From Amoebophrya sp. A120 (Eukaryota > Protista > Dinoflagellata), in contig CAJINV010000024.1 in the NCBI GenBank assembly GCA_905178155.1, forward strand, positions 1 to 64,000: a stretch of DNA of 64,000 bases, read 5' to 3'. Position numbers and translations under genes: made by a program. Every line of letters starts with the position of its first letter. Position 1 is the first letter of the stretch. The notes beneath the pieces are model-generated. The model saw only the letters and a program-made list of their open reading frames with translations, was not told where the DNA came from and did no database searches. Positions 1-12,500 of this stretch are shown here, piece by piece.

Positions 1-410
1 CAAAAAACCACAACCCGCGGAAACGCCACAACCATCCCGATTTGTCCGGTGAGCGGCCTTCGGAAGGTTGCGCGGCTGGTCTGCGAATCTTCCCGGCCGC
101 CCCTTGGGTTTCCTTCACATCTTGGCGAACCCGGGAAGCAGGCGACGCAAAAAACCACAACCCGCGGAAACGCCACAGCCATCCTGAATTGTCCTGTGGG
201 CGGCCTTTGGAAGGTTGCGCGGCTGGTCTGCGCATCTTCCCGGCCAACCCTTGGGCTTCCTTCACATCTTGGCGAACCCGCCAAGGAGACGACACAAAAA
301 ACCACAACCCACGGAAACGCCACTGCCATCCTGATTTGTCCGGTGGGCGGCCTTTGGAAGGTTGCGCGGCCAGTCTGCGAATCTTCCCGGCCGCCCCTTG
401 GGTTTCCCTA
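1..410. repeat. 147-bp tandem repeat, ~2.8 copies visible
   Basis: Unit CAAAAAACCACAACCC...GAAACGCCAC starts at 1, 148 and 295. Confidence 0.9.
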
Positions 411-540
411 TCCTGTTTACAGCATTACAAATTCCAAAACGCGACAGGAAATGCCCATCATAGGGATGCGCGTCACAAATGTTCTTGTCATTGCAAATCT
501 GCATGACAACTCTGGGGTGGGGATGTTTTTACATAGGATA
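1..540. mobile_element. Introner family H (left end outside window) carrying a 147-bp tandem repeat
   Basis: Right end GCATGACAACTCTGGGGTGGGGATGTTTTTACATAGGATA resembles the right end of 46114-46750 and abuts an in-frame exon at 541. Confidence 0.65.
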
Positions 541-3500
541 GAGGGAGATCAGGTCTCTCGCCAAGTGGGGCCGCTCGGTCTTGTCGGCGCGAACGAACTT
601 GATTTGCATCTCCAAGACGGAGAAAAACGTGTTGTAACTGCCAGAGATAGAGTATGGAGCTGTCAGGATTGAAATCAACAAAGTTGAAATAATTTGTGAT
701 GCATAAAATCTATTCCAGCTGGACCCACAGTTTCCAATCGGCGCATGACAAATTTTCCTGGCCGCTGAAGCAAGTCTGTCATGCTGTTTAGGGAAAGGTG
801 GCTGCTCCCTGTCATGCTAGTCAGCAGCCCAATTCTTGACCCTTACCAGCACTAGAATCTGCCTCCCTTGCGCCTTTAGCAATGGAGTCAGTCTACTTTG
901 TGTCGCATTTTATGCACGACAAATCCTTTCAACTTTGTCGATTTCAACTCTGACACATCCATATCGAGGAGGTCGAGAGGCTGTCGATTTTGTATTCGTT
1001 CAGAATTTTCGACCACATCGTCAAAAGCTTGCAATTATCCACGAGCAAAATCTCCAGCAGTTTTATCAAAGTGAAAACTATCCCCCCGCGGCCCCATAGC
1101 AAAGTGGAAATCTCTGATGCGGGATTTGTGTACACGACAAATCAGCTCTGTCTTGCAGTGAGGCACTGCAGGCAAAGCCTAAGCCTGCTGCGTAGGGGTG
1201 TTGTTATTTGGTGTAGGTGCTTAGCACAGCAGAGGCCTGCCATGTAAACGCAACAGCATTACAAATCGCCAGCGTAAGGTGGCGGATTCTTTGGCTTTGC
1301 CCTCTTGCACGAGAGACAGGATTTGTGGTCACAAATCAGCATGACAAATTTTTAGCAGCACAGAAGTATGGGGAGGCGGGGGGATTTTTCCTCGCAATAA
1401 GTTCCACGGCGACCGGGTAGTCGAGAAAAATTTTGTACTATCGCAAGAAAAAAGTGTTACAGTTACACACATAGTCTATGTAAGCCCAGCATGACAGACA
1501 ACCTCGGTCATGCCGGATAAGCATAGGAGCCTTCCTTCATACGTGTTTTTATCCCGTAGGATTTCTGCAGTGCAAGTTTTCTCTCTCATGCAGAGAAATC
1601 TGTGTTGCTGCATTGACAACAGATGTGTAACTCTGACACTTTTTTCGTGGGATATGTAAGTCGGGTTTCGGAAGTACAGGAGATACCGCAGAAACCAGCG
1701 GAAATCCGGATCGTCGACGTGTCTTTTTACCACGTGCTGCAGATACCGGGTATGCATTGCAAATACGTTTGGGTCCTCTGGAAGGATGCGAGGCTTGTCA
1801 TGCACATTTTGCATGACCCATAATGTCTGTGATGCATGCCCCAGCATCACAGATTTTTTTACGGGCGTCTTCATGCCTATTCCGCATGAGAAAGAACGCC
1901 ATTTCCACGTAGCAAAAACTGGGCTCCTCTTCTTGCAGCTCATGCAATACAGATTTCTTTTGGAATCCAAAGGTAGCATTACAAGTTGCACTCTTCCAGA
2001 CCCAGACCACATATTTGCATTTGATACCGGGGGTTCAGCAGCGATTGCAGGAACTGGCTCTCCCACGTGAACCGCTGCACATTGCTTATCGTGAGAAAAA
2101 ACTGTTTCACTGTGAACTTGTGATGCAGAAAATGGAACACAGAACTCTTTGTCTTGCTACACCTGGATCAAGGCATTGGATTTAGAAGCGTGTTTTCCCT
2201 TGGGAAGCGCGCATGACAAACAAGGTCCACGCGTGGGGACAGGGTCCCCACGCTGGGGCCTTGTGCGCACCCCTAGTGGCGCGAGTTGGAGAACATTGCT
2301 CGGCATCGCGGCGGACAGAGTCCGTCCCTCGCCTCACATCAGGCGCGCGCGCAGTGGCTTAGTTCGCAAAGCGGTAGTGGGGGAAGGGTGTTCGGCATCA
2401 GTGCGGACAGTGTCCGCCCCTCGGCCTCGCCTCACATCAGGCGCGCGCATAGTGGCTTAGTGCGCGAAGCGCTACAGCCGGGCGCAGGGTGTTTCTTCGG
2501 CAGCGGGGCGGACAATTCGAAACCGCCCCTGGAAAAGAAGTCCGGTCTCAAAGTTAAAGTTGCCTTTGTGCATCACAGGTCGGAGACTTCCCTCTCGTTG
2601 CGGTATGGAATTTCTACGCCGCCTCCTGCAGGAGCCAAGGCGATGGCGTAGAAATTCGAAGCCGCCGCTGAAAAAGAAACTCGACTGCAGCATTGCTTTT
2701 GTGCAATACAGATCGGAGCGAGACTTCGTCCTCAGGACGGTAGGGAATTTCTACGCCGCCTCATGCAGGAGCCAAGGTGATGGCGTAGAAATTCCATACC
2801 GCCCGGAGAAAGAAATGCCCGCTCTGTATTCCACAATCGCAGCCTTGCGAGGGAATATCTTTTCCAAGGGCGGCGCGGAATTTCTACACCCTCGCCTGGG
2901 CTCCCGCAGGACGCGGCGTAGAAAGTCTATACCGCCCGGGGAAAGAAATCTCTGCCCTGTGTTGCGCAAGAGCAGCTTTGGGATCGGATTCCTTTTCCAG
3001 GGCGGTATGGAATTTCTACGCCCCTGCCTTGGCTCCCGCAGGGCGCGGCGTAGAAAGTCCATACCGCCCGGGGAAAGAAATCCTCGATCTGTGTTGCGCG
3101 AAAGCAACTGTGGGGCCGGGTTCCTTTTTCAGGACGGTGTGGAATTTCTGCGCCTCTGCCTTGGCTGGCTCCCGCAGCCAGGCCAGGGCGCGGCGTAGAA
3201 AGTCCATACCGCCCGGGGAAAGAAATCTCCGATCTGTGCTGCGCAAAAGCAACTGTAGGGCCGGACTCCTTTTCCAGGACGGTATGGAATTTCTATGCCC
3301 CTGCCTTGGCATTGCATGCTCCCGCAGGACGCGGCGTGGAAAGTCCATACCCCCCGGGGAAAGAAATCTCCGATCTGTGTTGCGCAAAAGCAACTTTGGG
3401 GCCGGATTTCTTGTCCAGGGCGGTATGGAATTTCTACGCCCCCTCCCTGGCTCCCGCAGGACGCGGCGCGGAAAGTCCATACCGCCCGGGAAGAGAAATC

Positions 3501-6500
3501 TCCGATCTGTGTTGCGCGAAAGCAACTTCGGGGCCGGATTCCTTTCCCAGGACGGTATGGAATTTCTACGCTCCTGCCCCGGCTCCCGCAGGACGCGGCG
3601 CAGAAAGTCCATACCGCCCGGGGAAAGAAATCTCCGACCTGTGTTGCGCAAAAGCAACTTTGGGACGGGGTTTCTTTTCCAGGGCGGTATGGAATTTCTA
3701 CGCCCCTTCCTTGGCTCCCGCAGGACGCGGCGTAGAAAGTCCATACCGCCCGGGAAAAGAAATCTCCGATCTGTGTTGCGCGAAAGCAACTTCGGGGCCG
3801 GATTCCTTTCCCAGGACGGTATGGAATTTCTACGCTCCTGCCCCGGCTCCCGCAGGACGCGGCGTAGAAAGTCCATACCGCCCGGGGAAAGAAATCTCCG
3901 ATCTGTGTTGCGCAAAAGCAACTTTGGGACGGGATTTCTTTTCCAGGGCGGTATGGAATTTCTACGCCCCTTCCCTGGCTCCCGCAGGACGCGGCGTAGA
4001 AAGTCCATACCGCCCGGGAAAAGAAATCTCCGATCTGTGTTGCGCGAAAGCAACTTCGGGGCCGGATTCCTTTCCCAGGACGGTATGGAATTTCTACGCT
4101 CCTGCCCCGGCTCCCGCAGGACGCGGCGTAGAAAGTCCATACCGCCCGGGGAAAGAAATCTCCGATCTGTGTTGCGCAAAAGCAACTTTGGGACGGGATT
4201 TCTTTTCCAGGGCGGTATGGAATTTCTACGCCCCTTCCCTGGCTCCCGCAGGACGCGGCGTAGAAAGTCCATACCGCCCGGGAAAAGAAATCTCCGATCT
4301 GTGTTGCGCGAAAGCAACTTCGGGGCCGGATTCCTTTCCCAGGACGGTATGGAATTTCTACGCTCCTGCCCCGGCTCCCGCAGGACGCGGCGTAGAAAGT
4401 CCATACCGCCCGGGGAAAGAAATCTCCGATCTGTGTTGCGCAAAAGCAACTTTGGGACGGGATTTCTTTTCCAGGGCGGTATGGAATTTCTACGCCCCTT
4501 CCCTGGCTCCCGCAGGACGCGGCGTAGAAAGTCCATACCGCCCGGGAAAAGAAATCTCCGATCTGTGTTGCGCGAAAGCAACTTCGGGGCCGGATTCCTT
4601 TCCCAGGACGGTATGGAATTTCTACGCTCCTGCCCCGGCTCCCGCAGGACGCGGCGTAGAAAGTCCATACCGCCCGGGGAAAGAAATCTCCGATCTGTGT
4701 TGCGCAAAAGCAACTTTGGGACGGGATTTCTTTTCCAGGGCGGTATGGAATTTCTACGCCCCTTCCCTGGCTCCCGCAGGACGCGGCGTAGAAAGTCCAT
4801 ACCGCCCGGGAAAAGAAATCTCCGATCTGTGTTGCGCGAAAGCAACTTCGGGGCCGGATTCCTTTCCCAGGACGGTATGGAATTTCTACGCTCCTGCCCC
4901 GGCTCCCGCAGGACGCGGCGTAGAAAGTCCATACCGCCCGGGGAAAGAAATCTCCGATCTGTGTTGCGCAAAAGCAACTTTGGGACGGGATTTCTTTTCC
5001 AGGGCGGTATGGAATTTCTACGCCCCTTCCCTGGCTCCCGCAGGACGCGGCGTAGAAAGTCCATACCGCCCGGGAAAAGAAATCTCCGATCTGTGTTGCG
5101 CGAAAGCAACTTCGGGGCCGGATTCCTTTCCCAGGACGGTATGGAATTTCTACGCTCCTGCCCCGGCTCCCGCAGGACGCGGCGTAGAAAGTCCATACCG
5201 CCCGGGGAAAGAAATCTCCGATCTGTGTTGCGCAAAAGCAACTTTGGGACGGGATTTCTTTTCCAGGGCGGTATGGAATTTCTACGCCCCTTCCCTGGCT
5301 CCCGCAGGACGCGGCGTAGAAAGTCCATACCGCCCGGGAAAAGAAATCTCCGATCTGTGTTGCGCGAAAGCAACTTCGGGGCCGGATTCCTTTCCCAGGA
5401 CGGTATGGAATTTCTACGCTCCTGCCCCGGCTCCCGCAGGACGCGGCGTAGAAAGTCCATACCGCCCGGGGAAAGAAATCTCCGACCTGTGTTGCGCAAA
5501 AGCAACTTTGGGACGGGGTTTCTTTTCCAGGGCGGTATGGAATTTCTACGCCCCTTCCTTGGCTCCCGCAGGACGCGGCGTAGAAAGTCCATACCGCCCG
5601 GGAAAAGAAATCGCCGACCTGTGTTTCGCAAAAGAAACTTTGGGACGGGGTTTCTTTTCCAGGGCGGTATGGGATTTCTACGCCCCTTTCCTGGCTCCCG
5701 CAGGACGCGGCATAGAAAGTCCATACCGCCCGGGAAAAGAAATCTCCGCTCTGTGTTGCGCGGAAGCAACTTCGGGGCCGGATTCCTTTCCCAGGACGTT
5801 ATGGAATTTCTACGCCCCTGCCCCGGCTCCCGCAGGACGCGGCGTAGAAAGTCCATCACGCCCGGGGAAAGGAATCTCCGATCCATCTGTGTTGCGCAAA
5901 AGCAACTTTGGGACGGGATTTCTTTTCCAGGGCGGTATGGATTTTCTACGCCCCTTCCCTGGCTCCCGCAGGACGCGGCGCAGAAAGTCCATACCGCCCA
6001 GGAAAAGAAATCTCCGATCTGTGTTGCGCGAAAGCAACTTCGGGGGGGGCCGGATTCCTTTTCCAGGGCGGTATGGAATTTCTACGCTCCTGCCCCGGCT
6101 CCCGCAGGACGCGGCGTAGAAAGTCCATACCGCCCGGGGAAAGAAGTCTCCGACTTGTGTTGCGCAAAAGCAGCTTTGGGACGGGATTTCTTTTCCGCGG
6201 CGGTATGCAATTTCTACGCCCCTTCCCTGGCTCCCGCAGGACGCGGCGTAGAAAGTCCATACCGCCCGGGAAAAGAAATCTCCGGTCGGAGTTGCGCGAA
6301 AGCTATTTCGGGGCCGGATTCCTTTCCCAGACCGGTATGGAATTTCTACGCCCCCGCCCCGGCTCCCGCAGGACGCGGCGTAGAAAGTCCATACCGCCCG
6401 GGCAAAGAAATCTCCGATCTGTGTTGCGCAGAAGCAACTTTGGGACGGGATTTCTTTTGCAGGGCGGTATGGAATTTCTACGCCCCTTTTCTGGCTGGCT

Positions 6501-9500
6501 CCTGCAGGACGCGGCGTAGAAAATCCATACCGGGCGGGAAAAGAAATCTCCGATCTGTGTTGCGCGAAAGCAACTTCGGGGCCGGATTCCTTTCCAAGGT
6601 CGGTATGGAATTTCTACACCCCTGCCCCGGCTCCCGCAGGACGCGGCGTAGAAAGTCCATACCGCCCAGGAAAAGAAATCTCCGATCTGTGTTGCGCGAA
6701 AGCAACCTCGGGGCCGGATTCCTTTCCCAGGACAGTATGGAATTTCCACGCTCCTGCCCCGGCTCCCGCAGGACGCGGCGAGAAAGTCCTTGCCGCCCGG
6801 GAAAAGAAATCTCCGATCTGTGTTGCGCGAAAGCAACTTCGGGGCCGGATTCCTTTCCCGGGACGGTATGGAATTTCTACGCCCCTGCCCCGGCTCCCGC
6901 AGGACGCGGCGTAGAAAGTCCATGCCGCCCGGAAAAAGAAATCTGCGATCTGTGTTGCGCGAAAGCAAGTTCGGGGCCGGATTCCTTTCCCAGGACGGTA
7001 TGGAATTTCTACGCTCCTGCCCCGGCTCCCGCAGGACGCGGCGTAGAAAGTCCATACCGCCCGGGCAAAGAAATCTCCGATCTGTGTTGCGCAAAAGCAA
7101 CTTTGGGACGGGATTTCTTTTCCGGGGCGGTATGGAATTTCTACGCCCCTTCCCTGGCTCCCGCAGGACGCGGCGTAGAAAGTCCATACCGCCCGGGAAA
7201 AGAAATCTCCGATCGGTGTTGCGCGAAAGCAACTTCGGGGCCGGATTCCTTTCCCAGGACGGTATGGAATTTCTACGCTCCTGCCCCGGCTCCCGCAGGA
7301 CGCGGCGTAGAAAGTCCATACCGCCCGGGCAAAGAAATCTCCGATCTGTGTTGCGCAAAAGCAACTTTGGGACGGGATTTCTTTTCCGGGGCGGTATGGA
7401 ATTTCTCCGCCCCTTCCCCGGCTGGCTCCTGCAGGACGCGGCGTAGAAAGCCCATACCGCGCGGGAAAAGAAATCTCCGATCTGTGTTGTGCGAAAGCAG
7501 TTTCGGGGCCGGATTCCTTTCCCAGGTCGGTATGGAATTCCTACGCTCCTGCCCCGGCTCCCGCAGGACGCGGCGTAGAAAGTCCATACCGCCCAGGAAA
7601 AGAAATCTCCGATCTGCGTTGCGCGAAAGCAACTTCGGGGCCGGATTCCTTTCCCGGGACGGTATGGAATTTCTACGCTCCTGCCCCGGCTTCAGGCAGC
7701 CGGCCCGTGGCAAGCTATTTCGTTAATTCCGGGCTGATTTTTGGCTAATCCCCAAAGCGAAGGAGAGCAGACGCCAAAGGGGCCCGACTAGAAAGCGCGC
7801 CGGGGTTGCCGCCATATTTCCGGGGGCGCATAGTCATCGTGGGCGCCGCCCTCCGGGCACCCCCCTGCGCCCCCCGGAAGGGGAGGCGCGCGCCGGGAAA
7901 GGCGCCAAAGGGTACCCCGGCAGAGAAGAAAGGCCAAGGAGCCTGCGAAGCCTGCGCGTGGAGGGCCTCCACCAAATCACAACGGAGGCCGGAACACGAC
8001 CCCGGCGGACCTGTTGTCTGTGGGTTTCCAGAGCGCCACCCCTGCAATCTTCGGGGCAAATTGAAAAAGGCGCCGGCCGGGGGGAATCCATTCAAAGACG
8101 CAAAGGCCACGAGAGGCGGGAACTGCGGGCGGCCGGCCTGCCGAGAAAAAGCAGGGCATCTAAGGACAAACGGCGCCGACTGAGAGCCCAATGGTCTGGC
8201 GGAGTGACTGCCTCTCGGGGGAAGGTTAACTCCTTGGGTTTTTGGGGTAATTTGTGGGCTAATTTATAGTCTAATCTGTAGTTTAATTTTTGGTCTAATT
8301 TCAAAACCAACGAAACCTTCCCGATTTCGTTGCGGTCAGATTAACCCCCGAAATTACCCCCGGGATTACCCTCTTCATTAACCGCCCGGGACCGGGGTGG
8401 TGTTTGAAAGACCAAAACGCCCCGGCCTCGCGCCTGCCTGATTTCCAGAGCCGGGCCCGCTGCGCGCCGCCCCCCATAAATGCAAAGGCGCCGGGCCCCG
8501 GCGGATTTGAACCATGGCCAAAGGAGCAACCCCTATGAGCCAAACCACACCAAAAGACCCCCGCCCCTCGGAAAGATGCCGGACAAAGAAAAACCGAAGA
8601 CCCGGGCAAGGGCCCGACCCGAGACATTCCCCGAGGTAGGGGAAAAGAGCACCCGAGGGCAGGCCACCACCAAAAGCCAAGGCGCCGCGCGCGCGAAAGG
8701 GCCCAGCGATAAGCGGCCCCCACCCCCAAGAGGACGGGGGAGAACACACAACCAGGGGAGGCGGCCCGGAAGCTTACGACACCCGGGAAAACGGAAAGCG
8801 GGAGCGCCACACTATGCCGCGCCCTCCGCCCCGAATATGGCGCGCACCCAAAGGGTGCCACACCCAACCAACCGGCCCACGATTCCCAGAATTAGCGCCA
8901 TTTTAACGAAATTTCACTAGCGGAAATTGCCTCGGGCCGGCTGCCTGACCGGCTCCCGCAGGACGCGGCGTAGAAAGTCCATACCGCCCGGGAAAAGAAG
9001 TCTCCGACTTGTGTTGCGCAAAAGCAACTTTGGGACGGGATTTCTTTTCCAGGGCGGTATGGAATTTCTACGCTCCTGCCCCGGCTCCCGCAGGAAGCGG
9101 CGTAGAAAGTCCATACCGCTCGGGGAAAGAAATCTCCGATCTGTGTTGCGCAAAAGCAGCTTTGGGGCGGGATTTCTTTTCCACGGCGGTATGCAATTTC
9201 TACGCCCCTTCCCTGGCTCCCGCAGGACGCGGCGCAGAAAGTCCATATCGTCCGGGAAAAGAAATCTCCGATCTGTGTTGCGCGTAAGCAACTTCGGGGC
9301 CGGATTCCTTTCCCAGGACGGTATGGAATTTCTACGCTCCTGCCCCGGCTCCCGCAGGGCGCGGCGTAGAAAGTCCATGCCGCCCGGGGGAAGAGATCTC
9401 CGATCTGCGTTGCGCAAAAGCAACTTTGGGACGGGATTTCTTTTCCAGGGCGGTATGGAATTTCTACGCCCCTTCCCTGGCTCCCGCAGGACGCGGCGTA

Positions 9501-12500
9501 GAAAGTCCATACCGCGGGGGAAAAGAAATCTCCGATCTGTGTTGCGCGACAGCAACTTCGGGGCCGGATTCCTTTCGCTTTCCCAGGACGGTATGGAATT
9601 TCTACGCTCCTGCCCCGGCTCCCGCAGGACGCGGCGTAGAAATTCCATACCGCCCGGGGAAAGAAATCTCCGATCTGTGTTGCGCAAAAGCAACTTTGGG
9701 ACGGGATTTGTTTTCCAGGGCGGTAGGGAATTTCTACGCCCCTTCCCTGGCTCCCGCAGGGCGCGGCGTACGAAGTCCATACCGCCCGGGAAAAGAAATC
9801 TCCGATCTTCTTTGCGCGAGAGCAACTTCGGGGCCGGATTCCTTTCCCAGGACGGTATGGAATTTCTACGCTCCTGCCCCGGCTCCCGCAGGACGCGGCG
9901 TAGAAAGTCCATACTGCCCGGGGAAAGAAATCTCCAGTCTGTGTTGCGCAGCAGCAACTTTGGGACGGGATTGCTTTTCCAGGGCGGTATGGAATTTCAA
10001 CGCCCCTTCCCTGGCTCCCGCAGGACGCGGCGTAGAAAGTCCATACCGCCCGGGAAAAGACATCTCCGCTCTGTGTTGCGCGAAAGCAACCTCGGGGCCG
10101 GATTCCTTTCCCAGGACGGTATGGAATTTCTACGCTCCTGCCCCGGCTCCCGCAGGACGCGGCGTAGAAAGTCCATACCGCCCGGGGAAAGAAATCTCCG
10201 ATCTGTGTTGTGCAAAAGCAACCTCGGGGCCGGATTCCTTTCCCAGGACGGTATGGAATTTCTACGCCCCTGCCCCGGCTCCCGCAGGACGCGGCGTAGA
10301 AAGTCCATACCGCCCGGGGAAAGAAATCTCCGATCTGTGTTGCGCAAAAGCAACTTTGGGACGGGATTTCTTTTCCAGGGCGGTATGGAATTTCTACGCC
10401 CCTTCCCTGGCTCCCGCAGGACGCGGCGTAGAAAGTCCATACCGCCCGGGAAAAGAAATCTCCGATCTGTGTTGCGCGAGAGCAACTGCGGGGCCTGATT
10501 CCTTTCCCAGGACGGTATGGAATTTCTACGCTCCTGCCCCGGCTCCCGCAGGACGCGGCGTAGCAGATCCATACCGCCCGGGGAAAGAAATCTCCGATCT
10601 GTGTCGCGCAAAAGCAACTTTGGGACGGGATTTCTTTTCCAGGGCGGTAGGGAATTTCTACGCCCCTGCCTTGGCTCCCGGCCGCAGGACGCGGCATAGA
10701 AAGGCCATACCGCCCGGGGAAAGAAATCTCCGATCTGTGTTGCGCAAAAGCAACTTTGAGACCGGATTCCTTTTCCAGGACGGCATGGAATTTCTACGCC
10801 CCTGCCTTGGCTCCCGCAGGACGCGGCGTAGAAAGTCCATACCGCTCGGGGAGAGAAATCTCCGATCTGTGTTGCGCAAAAGCAACTTTGGGACCGGATT
10901 TCTTTTCCAGGGCGGTATGGAATTTCTACGCCCCTACCCTGGAGCCCGCAGCGCGCGGCGTAGAAAATCCATACCGCCCGGGGAAAGAGATCTCCGATCT
11001 GTGTTGCGCAAAAGCAACCTTGGGGCCAGATTTCTTTTCCAGGGCGGTATGGAATTTCTACGCCCCTGCCTTGTCTCCCGCAGGATGGACGCGGCGTAGG
11101 AATTCTTGGCCAGGAACGTCCGCCCCCCCCCGCCTCACACCAGGCGCGGCGCGCGTAGCTAGTGACCTAGTTTGCGGCGCGCTAGTGGGGGGAGGGTGTT
11201 TGCCTGCCGTGGCCACCTGCCGCAGACACCTGTCGCGGTCACCTGTCGCGGTCACCCTGTGTGTCCGGGGGTATGCGTTACCAGAACCCGGAAGGCTTTT
11301 CTATTTTTGAAAAATAGAGAGCTGCGCAAAAAGTTACTCTTTGCGAGATTCGAACTTCTTTGCTGCAGCGGAAGTCGCAGCTTTATGGTTTATTTCTGAA
11401 AAGAAAAAACGAATCTGACTAGACGCCCGGGCTCTGTAACTGTAATCAGACATCCCAGGCGACAGGGGGCGGCGACACGTGGAGGCGACAGGCGACGGCG
11501 ACAGGCAGAACGACAGGCAGAACGACAGGCAAAACGACAGGCGAAAGGACAGGCGGCGGCGACAGGCCAACAATGCCAGCTTTTGTTTGACGTGGTTCCG
11601 CACCAGCAGCAGCAACAAAAAAGCCGCGAGCCCTTTTTATTTCCGAGAAGAAAAAAGCAGCTCTTTTATTCACACGCAAAAAATAATTATCATGTTTTGG
11701 ATATTATGAGTAAATTAAATTATTTTTTGCGCATGAATATTGAAAAGAAGAGAGATGCTTTTTTCTTCTCGGAAATAAATGACTTTTTGCTTTTTTGTTG
11801 TTGCTGCTGCTGGTGCTGAACCGCATTAGAAGTTGGCGCTTTTGGCCTGTCGTCGCCGCCTGTCGTTTCGCCTCTCCTTTCGCCTGTCGTTTCGCCTCTC
11901 CTTTCGCCTGTCGTTTCGCCTGTCGTTTCGCCTCTCCTTTCGCCTGTCGTTTCGCCTCTCCTTTCGCCTGTCGTTTCGCCTCTCCTTTCGCCTGTCGTTT
12001 GGCCTCTCCTTTCGCCTGTCGTTTCGCCTGTCGCCGTCACCTCTCGGCGTCACCTGTCGCCGTCACCTGTCGTCTGGGGTATGTGATCACAGAACCCGGA
12101 AGTCAAGCAATATAAATATTAATTTTCAGTGTCATATGTAGCAAACTTGTGATGCAGATCTTGCAAAGTCATCACAGTGAAACACTTTCTTCGTACGATA
12201 TTGCTGTACGGAAGTTTAGCAGCCTGAAGCGCTTTTGCTGCGCGGGTGGCTTGATACTGTTCCTTTTTCTCTTTCTCCTGTTCGTCGTGCCGTTTTCTTT
12301 TGAAGGAAGGCGGCGAAGCACAAAAGCTGCTCTCCTCGAGGGTCGTGTCTTGATGGTATGCAAGAAAAAAACTGCGTAAGTGTAATGCAGAACATGCAAC
12401 AGAGTAACGCCTGTCATGCCAGACAGCCACGAAGTCCGCTACTCGTGTGCGTTCTCCCTTCCGAGCCACGCATGATAGGTTTTCTCGGTCATGTAGAGCA

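Larger units (their letters stand above)
2221..12122 (-). mobile_element. Putative non-autonomous Helitron/Helentron-like element carrying a satellite array
   Basis: Inserted at GACAAA|TTTTCAG (A|T, at most an AA duplication), no TIR, GC-rich hairpin GCGTGGGGAC-AGG-GTCCCCACGC 10 nt from an end reading CTTG on the - strand, internal tandem arrays. The class assignment is inference. Confidence 0.5.
2087..12200. mobile_element. Introner family F expanded to 10.1 kb by nested insertions
   Basis: Parts 2087-2220 and ~12121-12200 together align with the intact copy 15825-16033 (reverse complement); perfect DR TTGCT; removal joins LPYS to NVQRFTW in frame. Confidence 0.88.

Noticed and set aside
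409-540. Small stand-alone introner starting at TATCCTG (409)
   Set aside because: Flanks TTCCC and GAGGG do not match and the upstream sequence is tandem repeat, not exon; the true left end is probably outside the window.
7745-8920. ORFs inside the TIR element as a transposase
   Set aside because: Short, low-complexity GC-rich translations with no DDE motifs.
2978-11099. Very long ORFs (up to 1582 aa) on both strands
   Set aside because: They arise because the 132-bp unit is a multiple of 3 and lacks stops in several frames. The translations are 44-aa repeats that swap frame at indels, and the region lies inside an intron.
2500-11100. CRISPR array
   Set aside because: Whole units repeat with no unique spacers, no cas genes are present and the context is eukaryotic.
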